DNA from: an uncultured delta proteobacterium
Lineage (GTDB): Bacteria > Myxococcota_A > Polyangia > Fen-1088
Reading direction: 5' to 3'
Assembly (NCBI GenBank): GCA_963737265.1
Contig: CAVTRY010000023.1
Location: 384,001 to 448,000, forward strand
DNA: 64,000 bases
Under the pieces are notes generated by a model that did not search any database, was not told the origin of the DNA, and saw only the letters and a program-made list of their open reading frames with translations. Position 1 is the first letter of the stretch; each line of letters starts with the position of its first letter. Both the position numbers and the translations under genes were made by a program. This document shows positions 1 through 11,383 of the stretch, in pieces.

Positions 1-1539
<1,539 letters not shown>

Positions 1540-1547
<8 letters not shown>

Positions 1548-2031
1548 TAGAGTTCCCATGACTCCGCGAGGGCAGAAGAAACTTCGCGAGGAATTGAAGC
1601 GCCTGCGCGAGGTCGAACGGCCCAAGAACGTGCTCGATATCGAAATCGCGCGCGCTCATGGCGATCTGTCGGAAAACGCCGAGTATTCGGCGGCCAAGGA
1701 ACGTCAGAGCTTCATCGAGGGACGTTTGCGCGAGGTCGAAAGCCTCATTGCGCTTTCGGAGGTCATCGACCCGGGAAAACTGTCGGGTTCGCGCGTGGTC
1801 TTCGGCGCCACCGTGCGTCTGGTCGACACCGATTCCGGGGAAGAGAGCGTCTACAGCATCGTGGGCGACAACGAAGGCGACATCAAGGAAGGCCGGCTCG
1901 CCATTTCGGCGCCTCTCACCCGCGCGCTCATCGGGCGCGAAGAGGGTGACACCGTGACCCTGCGGACCGGCAAGGGATCGCGCGAATACCAGATTCAATC
2001 GGTCAGCTTCATTGCCCTGGAAGACGCGTAG
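1540..2031 (+). CDS. greA: transcription elongation factor GreA
   Basis: ARAHGDLSENAEY motif; ISAPLTRALIG; ATG at 1540 overlaps the carB end, the usual carB-greA arrangement. Confidence 0.96.
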
Positions 2032-2646
2032 TTGGCAAGTAGTTCCATCCAGGCTGTCTTTCTCGATCTCGGCAACGTCCTCGCTTTTCACGACGACGCG
2101 GTCCTGTTCGACAGGATGTCCAAGTGGGGCGGCGCGAGCCCCGACGAGATCCGCAAGCGCATGCTCGATCTGTGGGATCCCATCAACCGCGGAACCCTGG
2201 CGGGCGACGACCTTCGCCGCGCGGTTTGTCGGGTCTCCGGCTCCGAAGTACCCGTCGACGCCGAGTCGTTCTTCGCGATGTGGACCTGTCACTTTCGCAT
2301 TCACACCGCCGTGCTGCCCATGGTCGAAGCCTTGCTGGGCCAGGTGAAGGTGCTGCTGCTTTCCAACACCAACGAAATGCACTGGCGCTTCGTCCGCCCG
2401 CGGATTCCCTTGTTCGAACGTTTCCACGGGCTGGTGATTTCCTGCGACCTTCTGCTCGCCAAGCCCGATCCCGAGATCTTCCAGGTTGCTCTCCAACGCG
2501 CGCAGGTGCGCGCCGAGGCCGCCGCATTCTTCGACGATGTTCCGCGTTTCGTGGAAGCCGCCTGTGCCCTAGGAATTCAAGGTCGCGTTTTCACCGATGC
2601 GGAAAACTTCCGCCGCCAGCTCGCCGGGCTGGGTTTGTCCGTCTAG
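2032..2646 (+). CDS. HAD-superfamily phosphatase (YihX-like)
   Basis: FLDLGNVL (motif I), LSNT (II), KPDPEIF (III), FFDD (IV). Confidence 0.88.
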   Translation: MASSSIQAVFLDLGNVLAFHDDAVLFDRMSKWGGASPDEIRKRMLDLWDPINRGTLAGDDLRRAVCRVSGSEVPVDAESFFAMWTCHFRIHTAVLPMVEALLGQVKVLLLSNTNEMHWRFVRPRIPLFERFHGLVISCDLLLAKPDPEIFQVALQRAQVRAEAAAFFDDVPRFVEAACALGIQGRVFTDAENFRRQLAGLGLSV

Positions 2647-2975
2647 TCGGATCCGGCCCCGCCGTCGTCCGCCGTAAGAACGTCAATGGCGGAGCTATCC
2701 ACCGACGGTGAAACAGCAACGTCCGCACCCGTGTCAGGGCTCGATGACGCGCCAGCTTCTTCACCCGAGGTCGGGACAATCGACGCGTCAGTTACTGGCT
2801 GGATTACGGGTTCGCAGGTTCCGTTACCACTCTGGCCGTTGTCACAGCGAAGTCCGCCGGCGCAGTCCGAGTTGATCTGGCAGCGTCCGCCTTCACCTTG
2901 GCCACAGCTTCCCAAGAAGATGAGGGAACAAGCCAGGCACAGGAGACAAAACCGTGGGCCGAAGATGCGTCGCAT
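2643..2975 (-). CDS. small Cys-rich lipoprotein
   Basis: Signal-like N-terminus ending FLGSC; CQINSDCAGGLRC...C module; acidic low-complexity tail. Confidence 0.65.
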   Translation of the reverse strand: MRRIFGPRFCLLCLACSLIFLGSCGQGEGGRCQINSDCAGGLRCDNGQSGNGTCEPVIQPVTDASIVPTSGEEAGASSSPDTGADVAVSPSVDSSAIDVLTADDGGAGSD

Positions 2976-3037
2976 GGACGGCTGGCTTACCATCCTCGCC
3001 CGCATTCGTAAAGCCCGGTCCGTGGTAGTTTCGGCAC

Positions 3038-4876
3038 ATGTCGCGTCGCAAGCCATTCCTTCTTGCCTTCATCGTTGCTGCCACCGTCATTTCGTCCATC
3101 CTGCTCGGGGCATTCTGCCTGCAAGCCAAGCCCGCCGGTAAAAACACGCCCCAAGAACGCGAGGCGCGCGTTTTCCTCGCCACCATCACCGGTCTCGTCC
3201 AGCCCCTGCAAACCGTGGCCAATCAAGCCGCCTGGACCGCCGCCACCGATGTCACGCCCGAGCACACGGCAGCGCGCGCCTCGGCGGAAAAGGCGCTGGC
3301 CTCGGTCGCGGGAGCGAAGCTAGTGATTGAAAAGACGAAGTCATTCTTGGCCGAGAGGAGCGACCTTTCGTCGCCGTCCGTCCGCCAAATGACCAAGCTT
3401 CAGCTGGCGGCCGCGGACAGCCCGGCCACCATTCCCGAGGTCGTCGCCAAGCGTATCGATGCCGAGTCCCACCAGTCGGCCATCCTGGATGGCTACACCT
3501 TTTGCCTGCAAACCGGGCCGGGCGGCTCTTGCGTCCGCCCAACCTCGGCCAACGAAATCGACGACATCTTGAAAAAGTCCCGCAATCTGAAAGAACGCGA
3601 ACATGCGTGGGTCGCATCGAAGGAGATTGGGCGCCCGCTCAAGCCCGGCCTCGTCGCACTCCAAGACCTGCGCAACCAGGTCGCGCGCGAAATGGGATAC
3701 GCGTCGTTCTTCGCTCTGCAGGTCGCGGATTACGGAATGACCGTGCCGGAAATGATGGCGCTGGTGGACAGCATGCTGGCCGCGGTGGCACCTATCTATG
3801 ATGGGCTCCACTGCTTTGCCAAGCACGCGCTCGCCGAACGCTACAAGCAGCCGGTACCGCGCCTGATCCCCGCGCACTGGGTAGGCAACCGCTGGGCACA
3901 AGCGTGGCCGGGCCTGGTCGACAACACCAGCCTCGATCCTTTCTTCAAGAACAAGAGCCGCGAATTCATCGTGCGCACCGCCGAGGATTTCTACGTCTCG
4001 CTCGGCTTTGCGCGCCTACCCGAGAGCTTCTGGCAAAAGTCCGACCTCTATCCCGTGGACCGCAGCTCGCCACGCAAGAAGAACAGCCACGCTTCGGCTT
4101 GGCACATTGACGGTGAAAACGACGTGCGCTCGCTCATGAGCGTCGAGCCCAACCAGCAGTGGTTCGGCACCGCGCACCACGAGCTAGGCCACATCTACTA
4201 CTATCTTTCCTACGCCCGGCCCGAGGTTCCCTTCCTTCTGCGCGCGGGCGCCAACCGCGCCTTTCACGAGGCTATCGGCGAGCTCGCGCGCCTGGCCAGC
4301 GAACAGGCGCCGTATTTGCGCAAGCTCGGGCTGGTCCGCCAGGGCCAGGAACCGGATCCAGCAGGCCGGCTGCTTCAATCCGCTCTGGATTCGCTGGTGT
4401 TCCTGCCCTTCGCCGCCGGCACCATGACCCACTTCGAGCACGACCTTTACGAGAACGATTTGCCGCCGTCGGAATGGCAGGCGCGCTGGTGGCAGTACGT
4501 CGCGCGCTACCAGGGCGTGCAGGCGCCCAAGGCACGCGGCGAGGAGCTCTGCGATGCCTGCACCAAGACCCACATCAACGACGATCCGGCGCAGTACTAC
4601 GACTACGCCTTGGCCAACCTCATCAAGTTCCAGTTGCATGACCACATCTGCACCAAGATTCTCGAGCAGGACGTGCGCGCCTGCGACTATTCCGGCAGCC
4701 AGGAGGTTGGGCGCTTTCTACAAAAGATACTGGCCTTGGGTGCGACCCGCGACTGGCGCGAGGTCCTACGCGAAGCGACGGGCGAGGACATCGGCCCGCG
4801 CGCCATGCTGGCCTACTTCCAGCCGCTGGTAGCCGATCTGGAGAAACGCAACCTGGGCCTCGACTGCTCCCGATGA
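3038..4876 (+). CDS. M2-family metallopeptidase (ACE-like peptidyl-dipeptidase)
   Basis: HHELGH zinc motif followed by GANRAFHEAIGE; GNRWAQAW; N-terminal signal peptide. Confidence 0.92.
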   Translation: MSRRKPFLLAFIVAATVISSILLGAFCLQAKPAGKNTPQEREARVFLATITGLVQPLQTVANQAAWTAATDVTPEHTAARASAEKALASVAGAKLVIEKTKSFLAERSDLSSPSVRQMTKLQLAAADSPATIPEVVAKRIDAESHQSAILDGYTFCLQTGPGGSCVRPTSANEIDDILKKSRNLKEREHAWVASKEIGRPLKPGLVALQDLRNQVAREMGYASFFALQVADYGMTVPEMMALVDSMLAAVAPIYDGLHCFAKHALAERYKQPVPRLIPAHWVGNRWAQAWPGLVDNTSLDPFFKNKSREFIVRTAEDFYVSLGFARLPESFWQKSDLYPVDRSSPRKKNSHASAWHIDGENDVRSLMSVEPNQQWFGTAHHELGHIYYYLSYARPEVPFLLRAGANRAFHEAIGELARLASEQAPYLRKLGLVRQGQEPDPAGRLLQSALDSLVFLPFAAGTMTHFEHDLYENDLPPSEWQARWWQYVARYQGVQAPKARGEELCDACTKTHINDDPAQYYDYALANLIKFQLHDHICTKILEQDVRACDYSGSQEVGRFLQKILALGATRDWREVLREATGEDIGPRAMLAYFQPLVADLEKRNLGLDCSR

Positions 4877-4906
4877 TGGCAGTCGCCATCGCGTCTCACG
4901 GGCTTC

Positions 4907-6370
4907 CTAAAGGCAAAGTCCGTTCGCCCGACAAAGACCAGTCGTGCAAATTTTTCCCGGACAGCAGGGCTCGATTGCGCCGCCGCAGAGTGAGCAGCTG
5001 AGCGCGCCGTCAGTCCCCCGCAGACACGCGAGGTTCGCGCCGGTGCAGATGTCGCCCGTGCAGCACGGCTGGCTCGGCCCGCCACAGTTGACACAAACGG
5101 GCTGCACGCCGGGATTGGCAGCGGCCTGGCAGACGGCATTGGGCGCCGTGCATCGCCTGATGTTTCCACAGCAGGGACTACCCACGCCGCCGCAGGCTTG
5201 AATCCCGGTTACGCAGACACCCTGCGTGCATGTTCCACCCATGCCATTGCCGCACGGGTTGTTCGTCGCCACGCAAACAGCCCCGTTTCCACCCTCGGAG
5301 AGCACGCAGCATCCACCGTCCGCGCAGAAATTACCAGGGCAGCATGGCTGAGTTGCGCCGCCACACACAGTGCAGCTCGTAACGGCAGAGCCCGCCACAC
5401 ACGCCGTATCGCCTGCGGTGCACTCGGAACCTGCACAACATCGCGCGCCGCTGCCGCCGCAAGTACCGCAGCTACCGAACGAACAGGTGTCGCCGGTTGG
5501 ACAGGTCGCTTGGTTGGCGGTGCAGACATTGTTCATGCAACAACCGCCGTCGGCGCACGCGCCGCCGCCGCAGCAGACCTGACCGGAACCTCCGCAAACC
5601 GGGGTGGTGGCTCCGCCGGTTCCCATCGTTCCCCCGGTGACCGTCGTCCCGCCAGCGCTCGTCGTCCCGCCCAGACTTGTCGTCCCGCCAGCAGTCGTCG
5701 CTCCGCCCAGACTGGTGGTTCCGCCAGCAATCGTCGTCCCGCCCAGACTGGTCGTCCCGCCAGCAATCGTCGTCCCGCCAGCAATCGTCGTCCCGCCCAG
5801 ACTGGTCGTCCCGCCAGCAATCGTCGTCCCGCCCAGACTTGTCGTCCCGCCGCTACCAGCTGTCGGTCCACTCTCGCCACCCGCACTCGCCGCACCACCA
5901 GCGCTCGTCGTCCCGCCGGCGAGCGTGGTCGTCCCGCCCGCCCTGGATGTCGTGCCACCAACGCTCGTCGCTCCGCCACTGACGGTTTGGGTGCCACCGC
6001 CTGTGCCCTTCGCTCCGCCTGCCGCTGTCGCGCCAGCCGTGATGGCGATGCCACCCGTGCTCGCGCTGCCAGCTCCGCCTCCGGCCGTCACCGAACCTCC
6101 CGTGCCTGTCGAATGCGCGGTCGTGCCACCAGCGCCGCCGGTACGAACAGATCCGGCGTCGCCAAGGATCGGGCTTGTCACGAAACCGCCGGCGCCGCCC
6201 AGGGAAGCAGCGTCCCCATTGAGTCCGGCGCCACCGACTCCGGCATTTCTGCCCGGCAGCCCGGTTGTGTTGGTGGTGCAGGCCATTCCCGCCACCGACA
6301 GCGCCACCGCCACCATTGCGGGAAAGACCAGTGTGTCAAACCACGGCACCCCGAACTCGCAAGTCTTCAT
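4907..6370 (-). CDS. Cys-rich repeat lipoprotein with Gly/Thr linker
   Basis: Lipobox-like VAGMAC; GGTTxx tandem linker; about six CGGxxxxCC modules; start uncertain. Confidence 0.75.
   Translation of the reverse strand: MKTCEFGVPWFDTLVFPAMVAVALSVAGMACTTNTTGLPGRNAGVGGAGLNGDAASLGGAGGFVTSPILGDAGSVRTGGAGGTTAHSTGTGGSVTAGGGAGSASTGGIAITAGATAAGGAKGTGGGTQTVSGGATSVGGTTSRAGGTTTLAGGTTSAGGAASAGGESGPTAGSGGTTSLGGTTIAGGTTSLGGTTIAGGTTIAGGTTSLGGTTIAGGTTSLGGATTAGGTTSLGGTTSAGGTTVTGGTMGTGGATTPVCGGSGQVCCGGGACADGGCCMNNVCTANQATCPTGDTCSFGSCGTCGGSGARCCAGSECTAGDTACVAGSAVTSCTVCGGATQPCCPGNFCADGGCCVLSEGGNGAVCVATNNPCGNGMGGTCTQGVCVTGIQACGGVGSPCCGNIRRCTAPNAVCQAAANPGVQPVCVNCGGPSQPCCTGDICTGANLACLRGTDGALSCSLCGGAIEPCCPGKICTTGLCRANGLCL
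5636..5851 (-). repeat. 12 x 18-bp tandem repeat encoding GGTTSL/GGTTIA
   Basis: Plus-strand units such as cagacttgtcgtcccgcc and agcaatcgtcgtcccgcc, in register from 5636 to 5851. Confidence 0.9.
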
Positions 6371-6543
6371 GAGAAAGATCCTCCCGGAGCGATGAGCTGC
6401 AGGTGACAACCTCGATCGCGCGCATCAAGATTATCGCTATATAGACTGTATCCTAAAATACCATTTATAACCAGGCTTACGTGAGCGCCACGAAGCGGTT
6501 CGTCTCTACCTACTAGTGCCCAAGCTTCGTGGAGCTCCGCCGA

Positions 6544-6567
6544 CGAGGCGGCGCATGCGCCACCTCG
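6544..6567. terminator. GC-rich hairpin downstream of the 6584-7768 gene
   Basis: cgaggcggcgc-at-gcgccacctcg, one mismatch; no clear U-tract. Confidence 0.4.
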
Positions 6568-6583
6568 CCACTTTACCGCATTG

Positions 6584-7768
6584 CTAGAAACACCGAGCTG
6601 CGTTGCCGCCCCCGCCAGCTTCATCTGGCGTGCAGGTCAATCCTGCGCCGCACGTTCGGTTCGCGATGGCACCGGTTCCGCAGCAGAGCTCTCCGCTAGC
6701 TCCGCACGACTCGCAAGTTGGCGCTCCTCCTCCTGTGGCGCGGCAGACCAGCGTTGGCAACGAGCAGGTGCCGGCAAAGCCGACACCGCCGCCACCGGGA
6801 CAGCACGCCTGGCCCGACCCACCGCATGGCTCGCAAGTGTCGACGCCGGCTGCTGCTCTGCATGCCAATCCAGTGCTGCAAGTTCCACCGCCGCCGGGAC
6901 AACAGGCCCGACCCACGGTACCGCACAACTCGCAAGTGCCTCGGCCTGCGCCCGCACATGCGGATCCCGACACCGTGCAGGTTCGGCCCGCACAGCAAGG
7001 ATCGCCCGCTGCTCCGCAAGAACCCGCGTCCGATTCACACCCACCGGCCGTGCAGATGCCGCCAACTGCCGTTCCGCAAGAGCTTCCTGCCGCCATGCAC
7101 CTGGTCGTTGCTGTCGGGCCGGCGCCCACGGAAACGCAGCAGGCGCCGCTGCTGCTGCAAGTCCGGGCCGCGCAGCAGACCTCGTTGTCGTTACCGCAAG
7201 CGACTGCGCCATCGACCGCCAGAGCGTCTGGCGTGGCCGGAGCGTCGACCGCGACGTCGCGATTGACAGGAGGATCTTCCGCGGCGTCGATCACCGACCC
7301 GCCGTCAAGATGGACGGTGCCACCAGTGCTTGTTCCGCCGTCGGCAACGCCTGCGCCACCGGAGCCAACCGTGGTACCGCCCGTGACGGTCGCGCCGCCC
7401 ACGCCCGTGAGACCACCGCCGCCAACCGTTGCGCCACCCGTGAGAGCTGCGCCCCCAGCGCTCGCTCCAGCCACACCGCCGGCGCCGCTAGAGCCGCCGC
7501 CGCCGCCGCCGGTCGAACCCGTGGTACCGCCGCCGGCAGCCGTTGTTCCGGCTGTGCCCGTTGTCCCGCCAACAGATGTCGTCGAGCCGCCCGTGCCGCG
7601 CGTCGAGCCGCCGGCCGCGCCAGCGTCCCTGTTTCCACCTGCGGCGCCGTCATTCGCCGATATCCCGTTTGAATTGCTTGAGCACCCCGCCATCGCCAAA
7701 GCGACAACGGCGGCTCCCAAGAGCCACGTGCGGGGTGTGATGACTAAAGCGAATTTACGCTGTTCCAT
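6584..7768 (-). CDS. Cys-rich repeat lipoprotein, paralog of 4907-6370
   Basis: Lipobox LAMAGC; Gly/Thr linker; repeated CG..G..CC modules; GGAGG upstream of ATG 7768. Confidence 0.8.
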   Translation of the reverse strand: MEQRKFALVITPRTWLLGAAVVALAMAGCSSNSNGISANDGAAGGNRDAGAAGGSTRGTGGSTTSVGGTTGTAGTTAAGGGTTGSTGGGGGGSSGAGGVAGASAGGAALTGGATVGGGGLTGVGGATVTGGTTVGSGGAGVADGGTSTGGTVHLDGGSVIDAAEDPPVNRDVAVDAPATPDALAVDGAVACGNDNEVCCAARTCSSSGACCVSVGAGPTATTRCMAAGSSCGTAVGGICTAGGCESDAGSCGAAGDPCCAGRTCTVSGSACAGAGRGTCELCGTVGRACCPGGGGTCSTGLACRAAAGVDTCEPCGGSGQACCPGGGGVGFAGTCSLPTLVCRATGGGAPTCESCGASGELCCGTGAIANRTCGAGLTCTPDEAGGGGNAARCF

Positions 7769-7928
7769 GGATTTGCCTCCAATGCTGTTTGGGAAAAAGA
7801 CCACCAACCGATTAGAGGCGATGCACGCGAAACTCCGTCACGTGGAACCCCCGACAAGACGCGATTTTGGCCCACGCTGTGACGAGGCGCACCCAGTCGA
7901 CGGGTGGGAGCCGCTCCATGCGCCGCCC

Positions 7929-8132
7929 CTATTCGCGCCGCGCTATCTCCTCCACGAAATAGGCGCTACGATGGCGCGCGTCAGGTAGGTGAGAGTCCCA
8001 ACATGCGGGCGAGCAGAAGACGAGCTTGATCTTGCCGGAGTTGCACGTGGAGACCGAGCATCGAATGACCTTGCCACCCACGGGGATGGGCTTCCGACAC
8101 ATGGAACACATGAATGCAGTGCTGCCAGACAT
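7929..8132 (-). CDS. small stand-alone zinc-finger protein (ZZ-like)
   Basis: CSMC...CSVSTC...FCSPACWDSH...RH ligand pattern in 67 aa. Confidence 0.65.
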   Translation of the reverse strand: MSGSTAFMCSMCRKPIPVGGKVIRCSVSTCNSGKIKLVFCSPACWDSHLPDARHRSAYFVEEIARRE

Positions 8133-8233
8133 AGGTCGGTGTCTACCACAGCTCTTCCGCGCGCCGAACCCCTATGGCAAAAGCAGCGGCGTCATGGCCA
8201 CCCCTGCGGCCTCGCCCGTCGCGGAAATCCGAT

Positions 8234-8689
8234 TCAACAACCCCGCATGGGTGGTCTGCCGAAACGCGCACGCATCTTGTTGACCGATGAAAACACGAGG
8301 GGATGGCGCAACAAACGCTGCTCCAGTCTGCCCTTGCCGGGAAAATCCATCATCCCCAAGCCAAGCACCATGAACAGCACACCGGGCCCCGGAACCAGGG
8401 GCAAGGCCATCACGAAACCGGCGGCAAACACCATCACACCAAGAATGTTCTTCAGCGCCGCCAGCGAGAAGCGCAAAGCCCTGTGCTCGACCCCATGCTG
8501 GGCTGACACGCGCACGAAGTAGTCGGACGGCAAACCAAGAACGACGGCTACGCTGACGGCAAACATGAGCACGGGCAACCCGATGGCCACGGCGACCATG
8601 GCCGGCCAACCCAGCGCACTGTAGCAGTGGAATCCATGGCGAATCAAATCTCGGATTGGATCGGGCACTGATCCGGTATTGTGGGCCAT
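8234..8689 (-). CDS. PGPGW-family membrane protein
   Basis: LPSDYF...KNILG...VPGPGVL...DFPGK...N+MRARFGRPP pattern; hydrophobic helices; start may be 8599. Confidence 0.75.
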   Translation of the reverse strand: MAHNTGSVPDPIRDLIRHGFHCYSALGWPAMVAVAIGLPVLMFAVSVAVVLGLPSDYFVRVSAQHGVEHRALRFSLAALKNILGVMVFAAGFVMALPLVPGPGVLFMVLGLGMMDFPGKGRLEQRLLRHPLVFSSVNKMRARFGRPPMRGC

Positions 8690-8819
8690 CGATGGTCGCG
8701 AGGGAAGTCACACCGTCGTGGCCTAGTCCGAGGGTACTCTTTGAAACGGCCGGTCCCGGCCGGGGGCGAGGTGCCAGATGTTTCCAGGAGAAGATCCCGG
8801 TCCGAGAGCGAAATGGCCT

Positions 8820-9249
8820 TCAACTTAGGCTCGAAAGGACTTCCCTCGGTTCCAGAACGGAGGTGCCCTCCGGTGTCTTCTCGCGGATCTCGCGATCCAT
8901 CGTGACCAGCGGAAAACCGTATTGCACCGCCACCTGCAGCACGAGCGCATCTCCACCTCGCAAACCTGTCCGAATTCCGAGCACACACGCCCCGTTCGGC
9001 CACGTCGGAATTGATGTCAAGCCACAGAATCGAAGGCAGCCGTGCCAGGGCTTCCTTGACGTTGAAGGCGAGTTCGACCGTGGTCCGCCGACGAAAAACG
9101 CACGTCGTCTCGACCAGGACGAGGGCAGGACACAATGCCTCGATCTCGACAGTCACAATGCGTTCGATGAGCGGAACGCATTCTTGGTGTAGGGCGTCGT
9201 TCGGATCCAGGCCGCCAACGAAAATGCTGCTGTCGACGACGAGGTTCAT
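8820..9249 (-). pseudogene. PIN-domain (VapC-like) nuclease with a +1 frameshift near 8990
   Basis: MNLVVDSS...LVE in one frame, LRGGDAL...LVTMD in another; removing one base from cccc (8990-8993) restores AERACVLG. Confidence 0.8.
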
Positions 9250-9347
9250 GCCCTTCGCTCGGCGCGGGCGTCGTTGACGGCATGGCTGCTGCCGGCGGTA
9301 TGGCGGGCGCCGTGGCTGGTGGCACGGCGCGGGTGGTGAGGGCTGAA

Positions 9348-10028
9348 TCACGCGACGGCTCCATAGCATGTGCCAGGCGTGGAATAGCACCCCCCGGTTA
9401 CGCAGTAGCCGCCGCAATCGGCATCAGTAGTACACGCTTTGCGGCCACAGCTTCCACTAGTGCAGCTGAAGTCAGTCGGGCAATCCGCATCGCTCTCACA
9501 TGATGCCGGGACGCAATGTCGGCCAGTGCATGTTTCGCCGGTGCCGCAGTCCGAAGGATCCGAGCACCCCGGACTGCAGATCTTTGTACCAATCGGACAG
9601 ACACACCCCACAGCAAACTCGCAGATCGAAGATGGCCCGTCCCCCTGGCAGTCGCGGTCTGATGTGCACGGTGACGGAACCCAGAGGCAAACGCCACACG
9701 GTGTGGCGCCTCCCGGCGGGACACAGGTTGCCCCCTGCCGAACATTGCAGTCCGCACTCCCGCGACACTGGTTAGCAACGAGCGTCCGGTTGCTGGCGGA
9801 ACCTTGGGTGCTCCAAGATCCGCCTGAGCCACCGCTCCCCGGTTTCGGGCCGTTCCCGCCAGTCCCGATGACACCGCCACTACCGATCACGATTCCAGCG
9901 TCGTGCGTCGTCAGGGTTCGCATTCCATTGCTGCTGCATGAAGTCGCCACCAGCAGACCGGCAGCCAGCCTGAGCAGTCGGGGTGTCAGCAAGGCTGGCA
10001 TGAGCGCTCGGGTATCCTTCTCTTTCAT
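9348..10028 (-). CDS. Cys-rich lipoprotein (CxxDxDC repeats)
   Basis: Lipobox VATSC; Gly linker; CTSDRDC, CSDPSDC, CESDADC, CTTDADC. Confidence 0.75.
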   Translation of the reverse strand: MKEKDTRALMPALLTPRLLRLAAGLLVATSCSSNGMRTLTTHDAGIVIGSGGVIGTGGNGPKPGSGGSGGSWSTQGSASNRTLVANQCRGSADCNVRQGATCVPPGGATPCGVCLWVPSPCTSDRDCQGDGPSSICEFAVGCVCPIGTKICSPGCSDPSDCGTGETCTGRHCVPASCESDADCPTDFSCTSGSCGRKACTTDADCGGYCVTGGCYSTPGTCYGAVA

Positions 10029-10330
10029 GATGGCTTCGACAATAGCAACGATCATGCCGCGCCCTTCTCGTCTTCAGAGCATTGCCAAGTCCTTGTTGTT
10101 TCGGGCGGGCCGAGGCAATGTTAGGCGCTTTCCATGAAACGCATGCCAGCCGGGTCTCACTTTTCTGAGGGGCGCCGCTTGAATGAACAGGCGAGAACGG
10201 AGGCATCGGAGGAAGCCTAGGCGCGGCCCCGGACTTTGTCCGAAGCCCTGACACGCGCATTGCCGCGCCTGGCACCAGATGATAGATACATGTTATCGTT
10301 AGGCGTTAGGCGAGGTTAGAGGGGATTGAC

Positions 10331-11305
10331 ATGTTTTCCAGAGATGCATTAACCATCGACGCGGCGGCGGTCGCGGCGGAGGTCGCCGAAACGATCCGAG
10401 CACAAGTCCTGGGCACGCTTAAGCGGCGTGGCATCGTGGTGGGCTTATCGGGTGGTATCGACAGCTCGGTGGTCGCGGCTTTGGCGACCCGGGCGCTCGG
10501 CAAGGATCGCGTGCTTGGGATCTTCATGCCCGAACGCGACAGCTCGGACGATGCCTTGCGGTTGGGTCGGCTTTTGTCGGACCATCTAGGCATTCAGACA
10601 GCTCTGGAGAATATCGGACCCGGTTTGAAGTCCCTCGGTTGCTACGAACGTCAGAGCGAGGCAATTCGCAAGGTTGTGCCGAGCTACGGCGAGGGCTGGA
10701 AGTGCAAGCTCACCCTGCCGTCGGTCATCGACAGCGACAGGATCAATGTCTTCCAGCTCACCACCCAGGCTCCCGATGGCAGTGAGACGACTTCGCGGAT
10801 GCCGCCCGACGCCTATCTTCAGCTCGTCGCGGCCACGAACTACAAGCAGCGTGTGCGCAAGCTGACCGAGTACTACCATGCCGACCGCCTCCACTATGCC
10901 GTTGCCGGCACACCCAACCGGCTCGAGTACGACCAAGGATTCTTCGTCAAACAGGGCGACGGCGCGGCTGACGTCAAGCCCATCGCCCACTTGTACAAGA
11001 CCCAGGTCTACGCTCTCGCCTTGCAGCTCGGCATTCCCGCCGAGATCCGCAGCCGCCCGCCCACGACGGATACCTTCTCGATGCCGCAGACGCAGGAGGA
11101 ATTCTATTTTTCGCTGCCGTACGACCGCATGGATCTGTGCCTATTCGCGCACAACCACGGCGTTGCGAGCGCGGAGGTGGCACGCGCACTCGGTCTGCAA
11201 GTCGAGCAGATCGAACGCGTCTTCAAGGACATCGTGCAAAAGCGACGAACCACGTCCTATTTGCACGCTCGCCCCCTGCTGGTTCATCCTATTGCCGAGG
11301 TCTAG
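10331..11305 (+). CDS. nadE: NH3-dependent NAD synthetase-like PP-loop ATP pyrophosphatase (cluster-associated NadE paralog)
   Basis: GLSGGIDSS PP-loop; NYKQRVR; GTPNRLEYDQGFFVKQGDG; KPIAHLYKTQV. Confidence 0.85.
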   Translation: MFSRDALTIDAAAVAAEVAETIRAQVLGTLKRRGIVVGLSGGIDSSVVAALATRALGKDRVLGIFMPERDSSDDALRLGRLLSDHLGIQTALENIGPGLKSLGCYERQSEAIRKVVPSYGEGWKCKLTLPSVIDSDRINVFQLTTQAPDGSETTSRMPPDAYLQLVAATNYKQRVRKLTEYYHADRLHYAVAGTPNRLEYDQGFFVKQGDGAADVKPIAHLYKTQVYALALQLGIPAEIRSRPPTTDTFSMPQTQEEFYFSLPYDRMDLCLFAHNHGVASAEVARALGLQVEQIERVFKDIVQKRRTTSYLHARPLLVHPIAEV

Positions 11306-11383
11306 TATTCCGATGGCGAGCACCGCAGCGGACGCCTAAGCATGGAAAAGCCTGACGGACAGTTTCGACCCTAGGCAGCCGAC

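Noticed and set aside
5636-5851. Possible CRISPR array
   Set aside because: Contiguous 18-bp coding units with no unique spacers and no cas genes
5198-7988. Pro/Val-rich and Arg/Ser-rich plus-strand ORFs
   Set aside because: Reverse-frame translations of the Gly/Thr-rich lipoproteins, which have lipoboxes and Cys modules on the minus strand
10135-10149. sigma54 promoter on the minus strand (TGGCATG...)
   Set aside because: The -12 element reads TCAT rather than TTGC at the required spacing
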